Source of the DNA: Chrysomallon squamiferum
Lineage: Eukaryota; Animalia; Mollusca
Assembly (NCBI GenBank): GCA_012295275.1
Contig: CM022665.1
Span: 23,250,001-23,314,000 of the forward strand
Reading direction: 5' to 3'
Length of the DNA stretch: 64,000 nucleotides
Positions 20,691 to 40,210 of this stretch are shown here, piece after piece (positions within the stretch are counted from its first letter, which is position 1; each line of letters starts with the position of its first letter). The translations under genes and the position numbers were made by a program. Below the pieces are notes generated by a model. That model worked only from the letters and a program-made list of their open reading frames with translations, did no database searches and had not been told where the DNA came from.

Positions 20691-22054
20691 AAAAATAACA
20701 AACAACACTGAAATTTACAACGAATATTTTGAATGTTTTTATTTTTTTTTTTTTTTTTTTTTTTATTATTATTTTTTTTTTTTTAATCGGTGTACTATAA
20801 TGAAACATAATTATGATGGTTTTGCCATCAGAATCATTCTTTTTTTTAATGCTTTAAATAAAGTTAATGAAATAGTCAGTAACTAATACACAACAATATT
20901 ACAAAATAAACAATAGTGATATTTTGATTTCCGTTTCTATTATTACTTTTTGAACCCGTACATTTTTTAATATTTTAATTTTGTTTCAATTCAAAATTAA
21001 TAAAATTGTTGCACTTATTTGGTTATTTGTTATTTGCAGTTTTAGTGAAAATTATGTATTTTTATTTTATTTTCACGGTCTGTGGATTGTTGAAAACGAA
21101 AGCCTTACTGCAGTGAGAAACGGCTTACAGACGTTTTAATACTTGCTCTAAGGTGGTAATTGTTTACAAGAAAAAACATTATCGAATTGATTAGTACCCG
21201 TGTTTGAAGGGAATTCCCCAAAACGGGTAAAAACGTCCTGTATAAAAGACAATAACTAAAATGTTTAAAAATTCAAATAAAAAAAACATAACACTAAAAA
21301 AAGAGGATAATATAGACAAATCTTGTTCAGTGGTGTATCTACATTTTGGGGGACCCTGAAGCTTGAACAACGAGATATGGATAATTACTCTTATGTTCTT
21401 CTATGGCAATGTCCAATGACAGGTTTTAAAAGTATAGACACATCTTAAATGTTGATTCAAATTTTGAAGAAATGTGGGCTGAAGTCGCTTCTGGTAAAAG
21501 CGGCCCTGAAGTCTCAGCTTCATTACTTTAATACTAAATTCACACCAGCTCTTGTATATTTGGTATGGTTGTAATTACAAGCTCTGTGAAAGCAAACACG
21601 GTCGTGGAAATAAACCTGAGAACGAGATTAACATTATTTTGACGAGATTAGATTGTGCTTTTTTTCTTTCTTTCTTTCTTTTCATGAGTAGGTATTAGAC
21701 TACAAATAAATTAATAGACTGTGTTAGTGGCTTATATCAGGTTTAACAGAGGAAACAACGGCAATAATAATAATAATAACAACTATAGATAACAAAATTA
21801 CTAGAAGATAGAAGACCTGTGTTTGATTGTACGGTATCTAGAATAAACATCACTTTTAAATTTGTTTTATTCATACAATATTTATCAGCGTCTTTGTTTA
21901 TATCCCAACGATTAAGTATTATCAAACAAATAATTTTGCTTAAATTTTCTCTTTCATATATTCATATTGCATTCCAAAATGATAAAACACATTCCGAACG
22001 AATTTTACTAATTTGCCTAAAGTAAATCCAGTTTATTTTATTAATTTATTATTA

Positions 22055-22144
<90 letters not shown>

Positions 22145-22296
22145 TATTGCATACATTCATACACGCACACTATAGATTATCAGTAAGGGACAGAACTCGT
22201 GTAGTTGTAAAACTCGTTACTATTGACTAAATTAAGTCCCTTTACATATTAGATCGTCTTCATATTTTTTAAAAGGCAAACAGACTTAATTTAGTG

Positions 22297-22749
22297 CAGG
22301 GTGCGCAACATGTGGTCGAGGGAAGGATGTCGCCTCACCACATTTAACGTTTCATTTGAAACAGAACGAGGCTGTGTGTCAGTATAAACACTCACACACG
22401 ATGAGTTTCCTACGACTGTCAGATGCCGTACACAACAAGGCGTCCAGTGTTAATTTTTAGATCCGACAGTTTTAAAGTTGTAATTTAAGAAAAATAATGA
22501 ATAATAATAATAACTTTTTTATTATGAATTTTATTGTAATCTTAGAGAGATGAAGTTAATTCTCAATGAACCATGTAAATGCAACCATTATTTAATATGC
22601 AGCATTTAAAGTCACACAGGTTCACTGTTAGATTTTTATGCAAAATCATACGCTTTCAGATTTTACGTAATCACATTGAAATTTGTGCGGCCATAGTGTC
22701 AGTCAAGTTAAAGCACTGCGACCTACAAGATCAGAAAATTTCACCCCTG
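22297..22749. mobile_element. Non-autonomous hAT-type DNA transposon (MITE) with perfect 8-bp TSD
   Basis: Termini CAGGGTGCGCAA ... TTTCACCCCTG, flanked on both sides by ATTTAGTG (22289-22296 and 22750-22757). CAG...CTG termini with an 8-bp TSD are hAT hallmarks. Confidence 0.85.
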
Positions 22750-23731
22750 ATTTAGTGTTTCAGAAACATTATTATTATTGCTGATTAGTTTGCTTCATGG
22801 TAGCGAGGATGTAAATAGAATTTTAAAATCACTAAAGACTGATGTCATAAGATAATAACCACCATCTAAGGTTTTCAGTATACAGAGAAACATGGCATAT
22901 AATCCGTGATACCTTGTACCTCTCTGGTTATTCTGAAATAACGCTGATGATTATTATGATCAGAGGGAAAAGAGCCAGTGATATTTATGGCTTGATGGGT
23001 AATCAGAAATACGCAACAGAAGTTACGTATGAGACAAATGGGCATCTGATACCATAAAACTGATGAAACAAATATTTGCCCTTGGAATGAAGATGACATG
23101 CTTGTAGAAGACTGTTACTTACAATTCACCTTGAAAGTAAAGTATAAAATTATTACATAAATTGTGTGTGACGGACGTTACCCTGACGGATATTACATTT
23201 TGTCCGTTGACAAAAAATGAAGTTAAGTGGTAGAACATGGCCCACTCCTGTAAAGATTAATGATGTGGATTTTAAAAAAATAACTCTATTCTCTACTCGA
23301 TGTCGCCAGTTATGGCTGCTCCCACTGACTGTATCACGCCCAGCTTCATAAAAATAAGGCGTTCGAGGGTGAGATACTCTGACTGATGATATAAAATAGC
23401 AGTAGACATTTTCAATGTTAATATTTTAATAATATGAAATCAATCAGCGTGGATTTAGGAGCAGAAGTAATTTGTTGTGAAGAATTTAAGAAGAAGATTT
23501 CATTGAGAGAATGTATTTTTTATTCTTAGACTATTGATAAAACGTTTGTATAACAACACATTTGAGACAAACTGAATAATAAATGATTATTTAAAATTAA
23601 TATTAATGAACAAAAAAATTCTAATACATACAGTACAAATATCATTCTAGACGTTCACACGTTTTCGCGAAGTTTTGTTGCTTTTGTTGAAGATTTTATC
23701 TATGCTATAAGGCTGTTGGTTTTTTCTAGAG

Positions 23732-24002
23732 CAGGAGTGCGCAACCTACGGCCGCATTCGGCCGTGGGAAGGGCATCGACTCATCACATTTAACGTCTCA
23801 TTAAAGCTGCGTGACAGGGTAAACAATCATACAGCATGAAATTCGTATGACTGTCACAAAGGTTCGTTGTTATAAAATTATGCAAAATCATACATGTTAC
23901 GCTTTCAGATTTTACGTAATCACATTGAAATTTGTGCGACCGTAGTGTCAGTGAAGTTAGAGCACTGCGGAATATAAGATCAGATTTTTGTGCTGCACAC
24001 TG
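23732..24002. mobile_element. hAT MITE, paralog of 58782-58993 with a damaged right end
   Basis: ttctagag|CAGGAGTGCGCAACCTACGGCCGC start and shared internal sequence; right TIR degraded and adjacent flank deleted. Confidence 0.7.
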
Positions 24003-25710
24003 GGTGTGTCTGCGAAAGACGTTCATGTTTAAACAGCACGAACCCTTCAAATAGCCATTTAAATTAAAATTTTATTCTACTGAAAAGAAGAAAAAAAAAA
24101 GGTTTTATTAAAACGTATATTTCTTGTATGTATTTTTTTTAAATAATGTTTTCATGCATGAACTAGTTCCGTGTTTATAAGATTTTATTGCAATCATGGT
24201 GTGTGTAATTCTAAACCTGTTTTGAAGATGCGATCTTTCTTTTTTAAATTAGCCATAATCTTTATATGAAATACCGCATAAAAAACTTATTTGACAACCA
24301 GCTCAGACGTCATGAATACTTATATGATAACTTTAATAAAATGATAAAATTACGTTTTCACAATATATTTCCATGTGTTGTTTGATGCCCAGTATTGTGA
24401 ATAAATCATCTTTCTTACGAACTGTAACATTTTTTCTACTTCTAAAAATAAGTGTTTACACTAAAAGGTCCTATATAAACTAGTTTCGGATTAATATTGT
24501 TTATGAAATAAATAAATAAACAAACAAACAGACAGACAAATAAATAAAGTCTAGAAATACGGCCACCTCATGTCTCTGAATATTTTAGAGAATATTTAAT
24601 TATATATACAATATCTTAAATATATTGAAATAAAGAGTTTACTTAAGAAAAGTTTAACACAGGAATCTGTATCATATTTATTTTAAAATAGAAATCGTTA
24701 AATATATAAAAATGTTACTTAAAACACGAACATATTCACCGACATAAGTAAACAGTCAAACAAAAATCAAAAACCATAAAACAGAAACTAAAAACCAAAT
24801 CTGCATTAGTATATACAAAGTAAGTACAAAGTCGGTTGAAAAAATTAAAAATTATAAAATAAAATCTAAGGAGATTAACAATAAACAGAGACGGTTGTGG
24901 CTTGATGACTGGGTTATGACCTGAATGTGATGGGTAGCAGGATCAATTCTTCATTGTGCGCCTGCTGAAGAATTATCCGTTTATGTCTGTTTCCCTCTGC
25001 TATATAGTAAACGCGTCGTGGTAATTTATTCAAGTAAGGATATACAAAATAAGTAAATGAATGAAGTTGTAGTTGTCGTTTTGTTACAAAACTGCTTTGC
25101 ACCCGATGGACTATTTGCTATGTCAAATATCCATGAGACTAGTTTATAAAAAGCTGTATTATGTGTTTTACCGTTTATAGGAATCTACATGTTACAATTC
25201 CCTTGTTCAGTTATTTCAAATGAGTAATATATTGCTGCCGTTTTCTTCATTTATTATCTACGTGGTCCTGAATGTTATGTATAAATAATGTAGATTATGA
25301 TTATCTCGGGTGAATAGTTTCTACATAAGAACATTATATATAATACAAGACACAAATTAAGGGAAACCCTGAACATTAGAGTTTAATAAATAATACTATT
25401 ATGCAAATATTAAAATAAATAAATAAATAAATAAATAAACAAGTAAATATGTCAGTGAAAAATACAATTGACATCGTTTTTTAACCATATGAGAAACGAT
25501 TTAGAAAACATTGATATATTTATTAGGTCTAATTGTTTATAGTTTATTTTAAAAGTGAAACAACATAGAAAAATATGTGACAGATAGAATAAACGATATG
25601 CCTTCCTAATTACTTTTGTTCTTACTCCCTATTTAATGAGACTTGCTCGTGCTTTAAAATGGTGGTTATTCCTATTCTCCCAAAAAGTAATTCGCTGCAC
25701 GACTAGTATA

Positions 25711-25864
<154 letters not shown>

Positions 25865-26469
25865 CAAACAGTTGATTTGCATATATAAATAGTCATTTAC
25901 AGTCATTCACTGCACATGTGAACATTATGACAAATACTTATAATACTTTTAGAAATTTTCAAGGAAAGGTTCGTTGACTTCAGAGGTACCATGTTCAGTA
26001 CCATGAACTTTGATAAAACAGCTCAGAGAGCTCTCTCTCTCTCTCTCTAATTTCTTCATTTGATTAGATGTCAGTCTTTTATATTTATAACAGATACAAC
26101 AGTTTAGAGTAAAGTAATAAATAATTAAATAGATAATTCACTTAAGAAATGAATGAACTCATTAAGGTTATTAATATTTGGTAATTTTAATGCATAGTAT
26201 ATACAGTTATTTCGTAATTCACTATGCATAAAATTTTCCTCAAAACAAAATCTTTTTCTCTTAAAAATAGAATAATAATAATAACAAAAAAAAAGAAAAG
26301 AAAAGAAATAAAACATTAAAAGAGAAAACATAATGAAAGAATAGAACAGGGAGCATAACATATAATACAAATATTTATTGCTAGACTCCTGTCTTGTTTT
26401 CCAGTTATTCAGTTTTGTTTACTTACATATGCGATAAAAATAATTATCATATTACTTGTCATAAGCTGT

Positions 26470-26668
26470 TTGACATAAGTCCACACCTTTACACAGTCAG
26501 CCAATGAGAAACCGATTAGATGTCGGGTACCCTTGAAACACCCTTTTAAATCGAATTTGTAAATTTGAATATGCGAAAGACGAAAATGTATAAAAACCAA
26601 GCTCAGGTCTATGTTATACACAGTTGACAGTTTTGATACAGAAAACATTTGTACACTGAACTGTAAGT
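26470..26668 (+). promoter_or_regulatory. Putative core promoter and 5'UTR exon of copy 3
   Basis: CCAAT 26501, TATAAAA 26589, GTAAGT 26663; paralogous to 9216-9413. Confidence 0.5.
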
Positions 26669-27212
26669 ACTTCGATTTTTTTTTACGTTTTTATTTATTC
26701 CTATACTATGTTATTTATTTAGTAGTGTGTGTTAGGTTTTCTCTCGAAAGTAAAATTTCAGTGTCTAATACTATTTAATGCATTTTAAAATGAAGTTTTG
26801 CTTAACACATTAATTTAATTTGTTTAATACTCGAACGTACGCACATACACCTACACACAAAAACACTCCCGTAAATGCATGCATATATATATTAAATATA
26901 TACATATCTGCGCCTATCTACATACATTTTATATTGACATACGTATGTATATATATATTCATACATACATACAGACACACACACACACACGCACACACAC
27001 AAACTCTTACATACATATGTGCATATGCCTACATACCTATGTGCAGAGTCTAATCAGAGATACATAAAACAGAGAACATTCAAAATCCTTAACTACAAAC
27101 TTACCAGTGCCCAGAAAAAATAGATGGACACAAAGATGACGAAAGACAAAGAACGGCCTGCTTCGTGGAAAGCGATGATTACAATCCGTTATTCAGCAAC
27201 CTTTCTTTTAAT

Positions 27213-27385
27213 GTTCTCTCGATGGCCGAACGGTAACGTCGTCAACTTTTGGAGTGAAGGCGAATGGGTGCCATACGTTCCAGTCTCGTCAGCGGCATCT
27301 GACGGGTTTTGTGAGGTCGTGATTGGATTTCGTCCTCCTGCGCCAGTGCAAAAGACAGAGAATTTTCGAAATCCTGAACTACATA
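27213..27385 (+). mobile_element. tRNA-derived SINE-like element (paralog of 9831-10045)
   Basis: tctcgatggccgaacggtaacgtcgtc...atacgttccagtctcgtcagcggca aligns by eye to the 9831 element. Confidence 0.55.
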
Positions 27386-29212
27386 CGTATATATATATAT
27401 ACACACACACACTCACACTCATACATACATACGTACACACATACTGTTGTGAGTATTTTACAGTGAGTTCAAGTTTATATATAATCATGCTTAAATCAGT
27501 GTTCAGCAACACATGACCTGTAGCATGTTTGAAGAAACAACAACAACAAACAAACAACAAAAAACGAGAGAGCGAGAGAAGAAAGAACAAAAAGAAATAA
27601 GAGATGAGTATTGCTTTCGTTGATAATCTCCGGCTAGGAGGAGTTGTCGGTGTCTTAAATCATTCTAAAATCTATTTGTCAAGTGAAACTGAAATATCAA
27701 CATTCAATCGTTATTTAGACAAGAAACAATCTGTATTATATAATAGCAAAATACTTTTCACCGTCAATTATTTAGACAAATAATACATTAGAGAAACATT
27801 TTATAATACTATTGAAAAATATGTCTTTTAGTCAGTCCCTTATACAACGAATATTTTAAATGCTCTAAAAATATATTTTATTATCATTATAATAATTGCA
27901 AAATACGTTTTTATTACAGTCACTTAGAGAAGTAATATATTAACTGCTTTAGAAGTATTATTATCAAACCATTCAAGTTTGTGGTGGTATGTAACTATAA
28001 CCCTGAAAATCCTCCAGACAGAGGTATTCGCCTTCGTTGAATTTTTATATGTTCAATTTACTTTCTATATTAATATATTTATTAAACTGTTAATACAGAA
28101 TAAAGCAAGGTATTTTTACAACCGCGAAGCATTTTGAAAAACCAAGCAGTTTAAAAATGGAATAAAAAACAAATAATAACAAATAAAGATTTTTAAAGAG
28201 AAAAAACCCGATTATAACTAATGTAGTTCACGGAACTGTACATCGAAATAGATATTCTGGTTTCTAAAGCAAGAAAAGCAGTCAAAGACAATGATGAATT
28301 ACTGGCGATGGAAGAAATTTATAGCAGTTAAAATCAGCAGGCTTTGATGCAAACTGTTTTCCCAAATGTATCAGACTGAAAACAGGTCGTAGTCTACACG
28401 TAGTTTATTCTACGTAATGAATTAATATATCGACTGATAAAAATACTCTTTTTTATTAGAAACTGGCATTTGTGTTTTTATTTGTGTAAATTACGGGCAG
28501 ACCAACCTCTTCGTGGCCTGTAAAGAAAGAGTGACTTTATTTCAGCATTACGATATACACTTCAGAGCTACAAGTATCCATAAAAAAAGATTTACCTGGT
28601 TTCTGTAATTTATGATGTATATGACCGTGGATATAATATTTATATGAAATTTGTGACTTTTCATTTTTTTATTAATGCGAAATTACTTAGAGAACATGTG
28701 TGCAATATCTGCTATTCTATTGTGTTACTCTATTTTGCGTTTTTTATTTTATTTATTAGCTCACAGTAAATCTCTAACTGACTACTGACTTTTCACTGGT
28801 CGCCCAGTTCAGTGATTATTAATTAAATTACTCAGTCATTTGTTATTGTTACAGCTCACACTTCTATATCCGAATATTATTTACAGACAGTCAAACCCGT
28901 TTCGTTTTTTCTTTTTCTTTTCTCAATATTTGTTTAATTCCACCAACAAATGATTCTATGTCTGTCTTTCTGATAATTATAACTGCCTGATACTGAATAC
29001 TGAAATTTCATATGTTTGTAACTTTATTTATTTTATTTCACTTATTTTTTAAAGTGATGAAAGATTTTGCTCTTTAATTTTTTTTTATTTTTTTTTTTTT
29101 TGACGGTCAAGTCATAGAACAATTTTGAGTATCTTATATCTGTATTCGTTAGTGGTTGAGTGGTTACTAGTTATTTTATACAATTATTATTCGTTGTTTC
29201 AGTGCTGAAACA

Positions 29213-34213
<5,001 letters not shown>

Positions 34214-37200
34214 AATATTCTATTTCATTATGAAATCCATGTAATAGTGACTTGCTTATTTTTACTCTTTGACAGAGCTGTACCTGAATGAACAAAATGA
34301 GACTGATAGCTTTTCACTATCGAAAGAAATAAAATGACTTTGTAGAGATGCATTTAAGTGATACTGTACAGATCTGTCAAAGATACGCAATAGTTAATAT
34401 CTGAGTTTTGTATTTTTGATAAATTGAATGTATTTGTACTCATTTTGACACGATGTCATCATCTGCGGGAAGATAAAAGGCTGGTAATTTTGAAAGGTGT
34501 TTTAAAACTCATAGTTTTTAAGATATCTAATCAGAAACACACCCACAAGCATTTATTTTATTTGCACATTTTGCACTTTTTGCTATAATGAAAATGTCAT
34601 TTGTTAATTAACCATACACGCCGATAAAAAACAACAAAAAGTAAAATAAAATAATAATAATAATAATAATCTATCATAGTTGTTACTGATAGGTACTTTT
34701 TTGTTTCAATAATCAGGTTTTCAGCTTGTTCCATTCTTGGTGAACTGATGCAAATTTTAATTTTATTGAAGTCAAATTGGACTTAAATAATTCCTATAGT
34801 TTGTCTAGTTAGTTGCATACTACCTTTGGCAGCATGAAAAATATTTTTAAAAAGAAAATATATTGAAAGAAATGGGAATCCTTGTTCTTGTAGAGGTCAG
34901 TTAAAGTGCGTTTGTGGTGTTGGGTTAATCAGCAATATTCTTCTTTAGACAATTGATATTTTCTTGCACAAACTGTTCTGGGAATGCTGAATTCTTTCAG
35001 AGGCTTCCTGATAGTAAATACATTTTGGCCATCCATTTACAGTTTCTTTACTTGCTGGTCTTTTTACTTCCAGATATTTTTTTTTCTTCTGGCTGTTTGG
35101 CGTCTTTCTTGATTCTGGTGGACAGTTCTATAAATGGTGGTCAAAAGAACATCTGGATTTCATTCTTTGATATTCTTCTTTATGGTAATAATCTTCTTGG
35201 ATGGTTACGTTTACTTAATTTACTTTGATAGGAGTCAAGAAGCAGAAATAAATAGAACAGATCATGAGAATTTTTTAAATCAAACAAACGTTTTATTACT
35301 GATCAGTTTGGATTTTTTCAAAAGAAATAAAGGAACACAGCCAAGGAAACCACTAAAGTAAATAAAAATAACAAACAACACAGAAATCTACAACGAATAT
35401 TTTGAATCTTTGTATTATTTTTTATTATTATTTATTTATTTATTTATTTTTTAATCGGTGTACTATAATGAAATATAATTATGATGTTTTTGCCATCAGA
35501 ATCATTCTTTTTTTAATGCTTTTCAATCGGATACCTAAATAAAGATTATTGTATCTAAACTAATATTTGTCAAACATGTAATTCAAATATTTCCTATCTC
35601 CAGGCATGAGAACGTCCAGGTAATATTAAAATTCAGAAATAAATGTCAGAGTACCACAAAATTTAAAATGCTATCTAAGAAACAATGTGTTTAGTTACAC
35701 CTTTATTGAACTGATTTATTATACATTTGTATTTATTCTGATTCAATGAACTTAATGAAAGACACACCACAACTTCTTAAACAAGTTCAGAAAGGTCAGG
35801 ATTAATGTTCTTGTTTAAATAATAATAACAAGACATTGTTATCGTTCCCAAAATACATCTTTTTCACTTTGTAAAAAAAAAAAAAAAAAAAAACCACTAA
35901 AAAACAAACAAAAAAAAACATTGTTTTGTTTGTTTGTTTCTTGTTGTGTTTTTTTTTCTTCTCTTTTTGGCGGGTGAGGGGGCAAAATAAAGTTAATGAA
36001 ATAGTCAGTAACTAATACACAACAATATTACAAAATAAACAATAGTGAACCCGTAAATTATTTAATATTTTAATTTTGTTTCAATTCAAAATTAATAAAA
36101 TTGTTGCACTTATTTGGTTATTTGTTATTTGCAGTTTTAGTGAAAATTGTGTATTGTTATTTTATTTTCACGGTCTATGGATTGTTGAAAACGAAAGCCT
36201 TACTGCAGTGAGAAACGGCTTACAGAGGTTTAAATACTTGCTGTAAGGTGGTAATTGTTTACAAGAAAAAACATTATCGAATTGATTAGTAGCCGTGTTT
36301 GAAGGGAATTCTCCAAAACGGGTGAAAACGTCCTGTATAAAAGACAATAACTAAAATATTTAAAAATTCAAATAAAAAAACATAATATTTAAAAAAGAGG
36401 ATAATATAGACAAATCTTGTTCAGTGGTGTATCTACATTTTGGGGGACCCTGAACCTTGAAAACGAGATATGGATAATTATTCTTATGTTCTTCTATGGC
36501 AAGGTCCCATGACACGTTTTAAACATCAAAACACATCTTAAATGTTGATTAAAATTTTGAAGAAATGTGGACTGATGTCGATTCTGGTAACAGCGGCCCT
36601 GAAGTTTCAGCTTCATTACTTTAATACTAAATTCACACCAGCTCTTGTATATTTGGTATGATTATAATTACAAGCTCTGTGAAAGCAAACACGGTCGTGG
36701 AAATAACCCTGTGTTTTATTGTACGGTGTAGAGGATAAAATCACTTTTAAATTTGTTTTATTCATACAATATTTATCAGCGTCTTTATTTTATATCCGAA
36801 CGATTAAGTGTTTGACGATTCATCGAGAATACAAATTTGTTATTACTAATTTACTTTTTATTTTTACTAACGTTTTCATTTTTCTTGCATTAAAGTTTCA
36901 AATAATATTTAATTAATATTTAATGTTGTTTAAGTTAAACGTACACTTTGAGAAAACCGATACACAAACAAATTGTAGCTGATATCACGATCTTAACCCC
37001 TACTGCCCTGTTATTTACACATTTACTGACTGATTTGAAAAAATAATACTAAAAGGCTCAAATAAAACTTTCCTTGAAACAAGTTTCAACAAAATAAACA
37101 GTAAATAAATAAAATAAATGACAGTGTAAACTAAAATAATCTTACGAAGCGAATACTGTACGAATAGAACTGCGTTATCACAGCTAGCATGGGGAATATT

Positions 37201-38075
37201 AACAGTATAATAAAGATAATGAGCAATATCTATGATTATTGTACTGAAATCAAAGAATCTAAACAAAGTACAAGAAGTGGAAACTATAATCATGTTGCTG
37301 CTTTCCTTCAAACAATTAATTAAAATTTGATGAGGAAAATACGTTATTATAATTTAAAACTAAAAGTTTTGTTTCCTTTAATTTTATTTCTTTTTTTCAG
37401 TGATTCAGTCACGTCATGAACATTTCTGTATAATGCTATAAATAAACAAATAACAAGAGCCAAGAAGTTTTAACTTCTGTGAATATAGAAGCTGGTAAAC
37501 AGTCAGTTTTTAAGCCTGAAAACTACAGAATATTATAATACAAATAAATGAAATAATTTTATTAATTATGATATTATAGAAAAAATCTGAACATTAAATC
37601 ACCGACAAAGAGAAAGAAAAAAATAATAATATTATTAATAATAAACTATTATTTTTGAAATCGTTCTTTAACTCAAAAAACATTTTATTTTATTATAATT
37701 CTTATTATTCTTATTTTGTTTACAGCCATCAGAGTAGACTTTTTTTTTAATTAAATAAACGAGTTTGAAACATAATTATTCGAGGATAAGCAATTATTGT
37801 TAAATCGGAATAGTGTGTACATATATATCAAGATAACTTTTATCCTTTTTCTTAATTATTTGATGTTTTATGAATATTATGCTGACAACACATTTTCATG
37901 TCTCCCGTTTGTAGATATCTAGCAGTACATATTTTAATTATTATCAAACAAATAATTTTGCTTAAATTTTCTCCTTCATATATTCATATTGCATTCCAAA
38001 ATGATAAAACACATTCCGAACGAATTTTACTAATAGCCTAAAGTAAATCCAGTTTATTTTATTAATTTATTATTA

Positions 38076-38153
<78 letters not shown>

Positions 38154-38292
38154 TTCAGATTGCATATATAGATTATCAGTAAGGGACAGAACTCGTGTAG
38201 TGGTAAAACTCGTTGTTATTGACTAAATTAAGTCCCTTTACATATTAGATCATTTTCATATTTTTTAAAAGGCAAACAGACTTAATTTAGTG

Positions 38293-38738
38293 CAGGGTGC
38301 GCAACGTGTGGTCGAGGGAAGGATGTCGCCTCACCACATTTAACGTTTCATTTGAAACAGAACGAGGCTGTGTGTCAGTATAAACACTCACACACGATGA
38401 ATTTCCTACGTCTGTCAGATGCCGTACACAACAAGGCGTTCATTTTTGGATCCGACAGTTTTAAAGTTGTTATTTAAGAAAAATAATGAATAATAATAAT
38501 AACTTTTTTATTATGAATTTTATTGTAATCTTAGAGAGATGAAGTCAATTCTCAATGAACCATGTAAATGCAACCATTATTTAATATGCAGCATTTAAAG
38601 TCACACAGGTTCACTGTTAGATTTTTATGCAAAATCATACGCTTTCAGATTTTACGTAATCACATTGAAATTTGTGCGGCCATAGTGTCAGTCAAGTTAA
38701 AGCACTGCGACCTACAAGATCAGAAAATTTCACCCCTG
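38293..38738. mobile_element. hAT-type MITE, same insertion carried along by the array duplication
   Basis: Same termini and ATTTAGTG TSD as 22297-22749. Confidence 0.85.
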
Positions 38739-40210
38739 ATTTAGTGTTTCAGAAACATTATTATTATTGCTGATTAGTTTGCTTTATGGTAGCGAGGATG
38801 TAAATAGAATTTTAAAATCTCTAAAATCTGATATCATTAGATAATAACCACTCTCAAAGGTTTTTAATATACAGTGAAACTGGCCATTTAATCCGTGATA
38901 CCTTGTACCTCTCAAGTTATTCTGATGATTATTATGATCAGAGGAAAAAGAACCAGTGATATTTATGGCTTGATGGGTAATCAGAAATACGCAACAGAAG
39001 TTATGTATGAGACAAATGGGCAAAAAGCAACTAAGCATCTGATACCATAAAACTGATGAAACAAATATTTGCCCTTGGAGTGAAGATGACATGTTTGTAG
39101 AAGACTGTTAGTTACAATTCACCTTGAAAGTAAAGTATAAAATTATTACATAAATTGTGTGTGACGGACGTTAAATTTTGTCCGTTGACAAAAAAATGAA
39201 GTTCAGTGGTAGAACCTGGCCCACTCCTGTAAAGATTAATGAAGTGGATTTTAAAAAATAACTCTATTCTCTACTCGATGTCGCCAGTTATGGCTGCTCC
39301 CACTGACTGTATCATGCCCAGCTTCATAAAAATAAGGCGTTCGAGGGTGGTGACTCTGATTAATGATATAAAATAGCAGTAGACATTTTTAGTGTTAGTA
39401 TTATAATAAAACAGCGTGGATTTATGAGTAGAAGTAAAATGCTGTGAAGAATTTAAGGTTTCCTTGAGAGAATGTATTTTTTTCTTAGACTAGTGATAAA
39501 ACCTTTGTATAACAGAGCATTTGAGACAAACTGAATAATAAATGATTATTTTAAATTAATATTTTCAGATGGTGAAAATTATTGATATAACGTCATCAAG
39601 AAAATAATTCCCATTTCCGAAAATTTGTGTTTTTCTATTTAACTAAAATATTTTTTTTATTATTTTTTTATTTCTATTTTTTTTTTTTTTTTTTTTTTTA
39701 ATGGAATCAAAAATTCTGATACATACAGTACATAAAGAAATAATGATAAATACTGAATTATATAAAAATAGACTAGATGTATAGACATATTATAACACCA
39801 AGAGTATCTACCTATATCTCAGGGTAGATGAAGAGATGCGTAAATTAGCGTAATGATGTGACTAGTGCACATCAGAATTTTCGTGTCCTCATCTGCCTCT
39901 GTGTATATTATTTTGTTATGTATTTTAATTGTTAGATAGTTCAAATTCTGGAGGCAGAAAACCGAGAATACATGCTTCAGTGTGTGTTGGATTACTTTGA
40001 TAATATTTACATGTCTTAGCCACACACCTAGTGTAGGCTTTATATTGAACTTGAATATCTGGATACTTGTCGTATTTATAATTTAAAGGGGACTGTCAGT
40101 TGATTTTTATTATTTTTATTTGCATCTTCCAGGTTCTGTTTGAGAATGTATCCTCACAAGAGTCACAAATCAGGATGTCAGAAACAACAGGAAAGGATAG
40201 CGAGAGAGGC

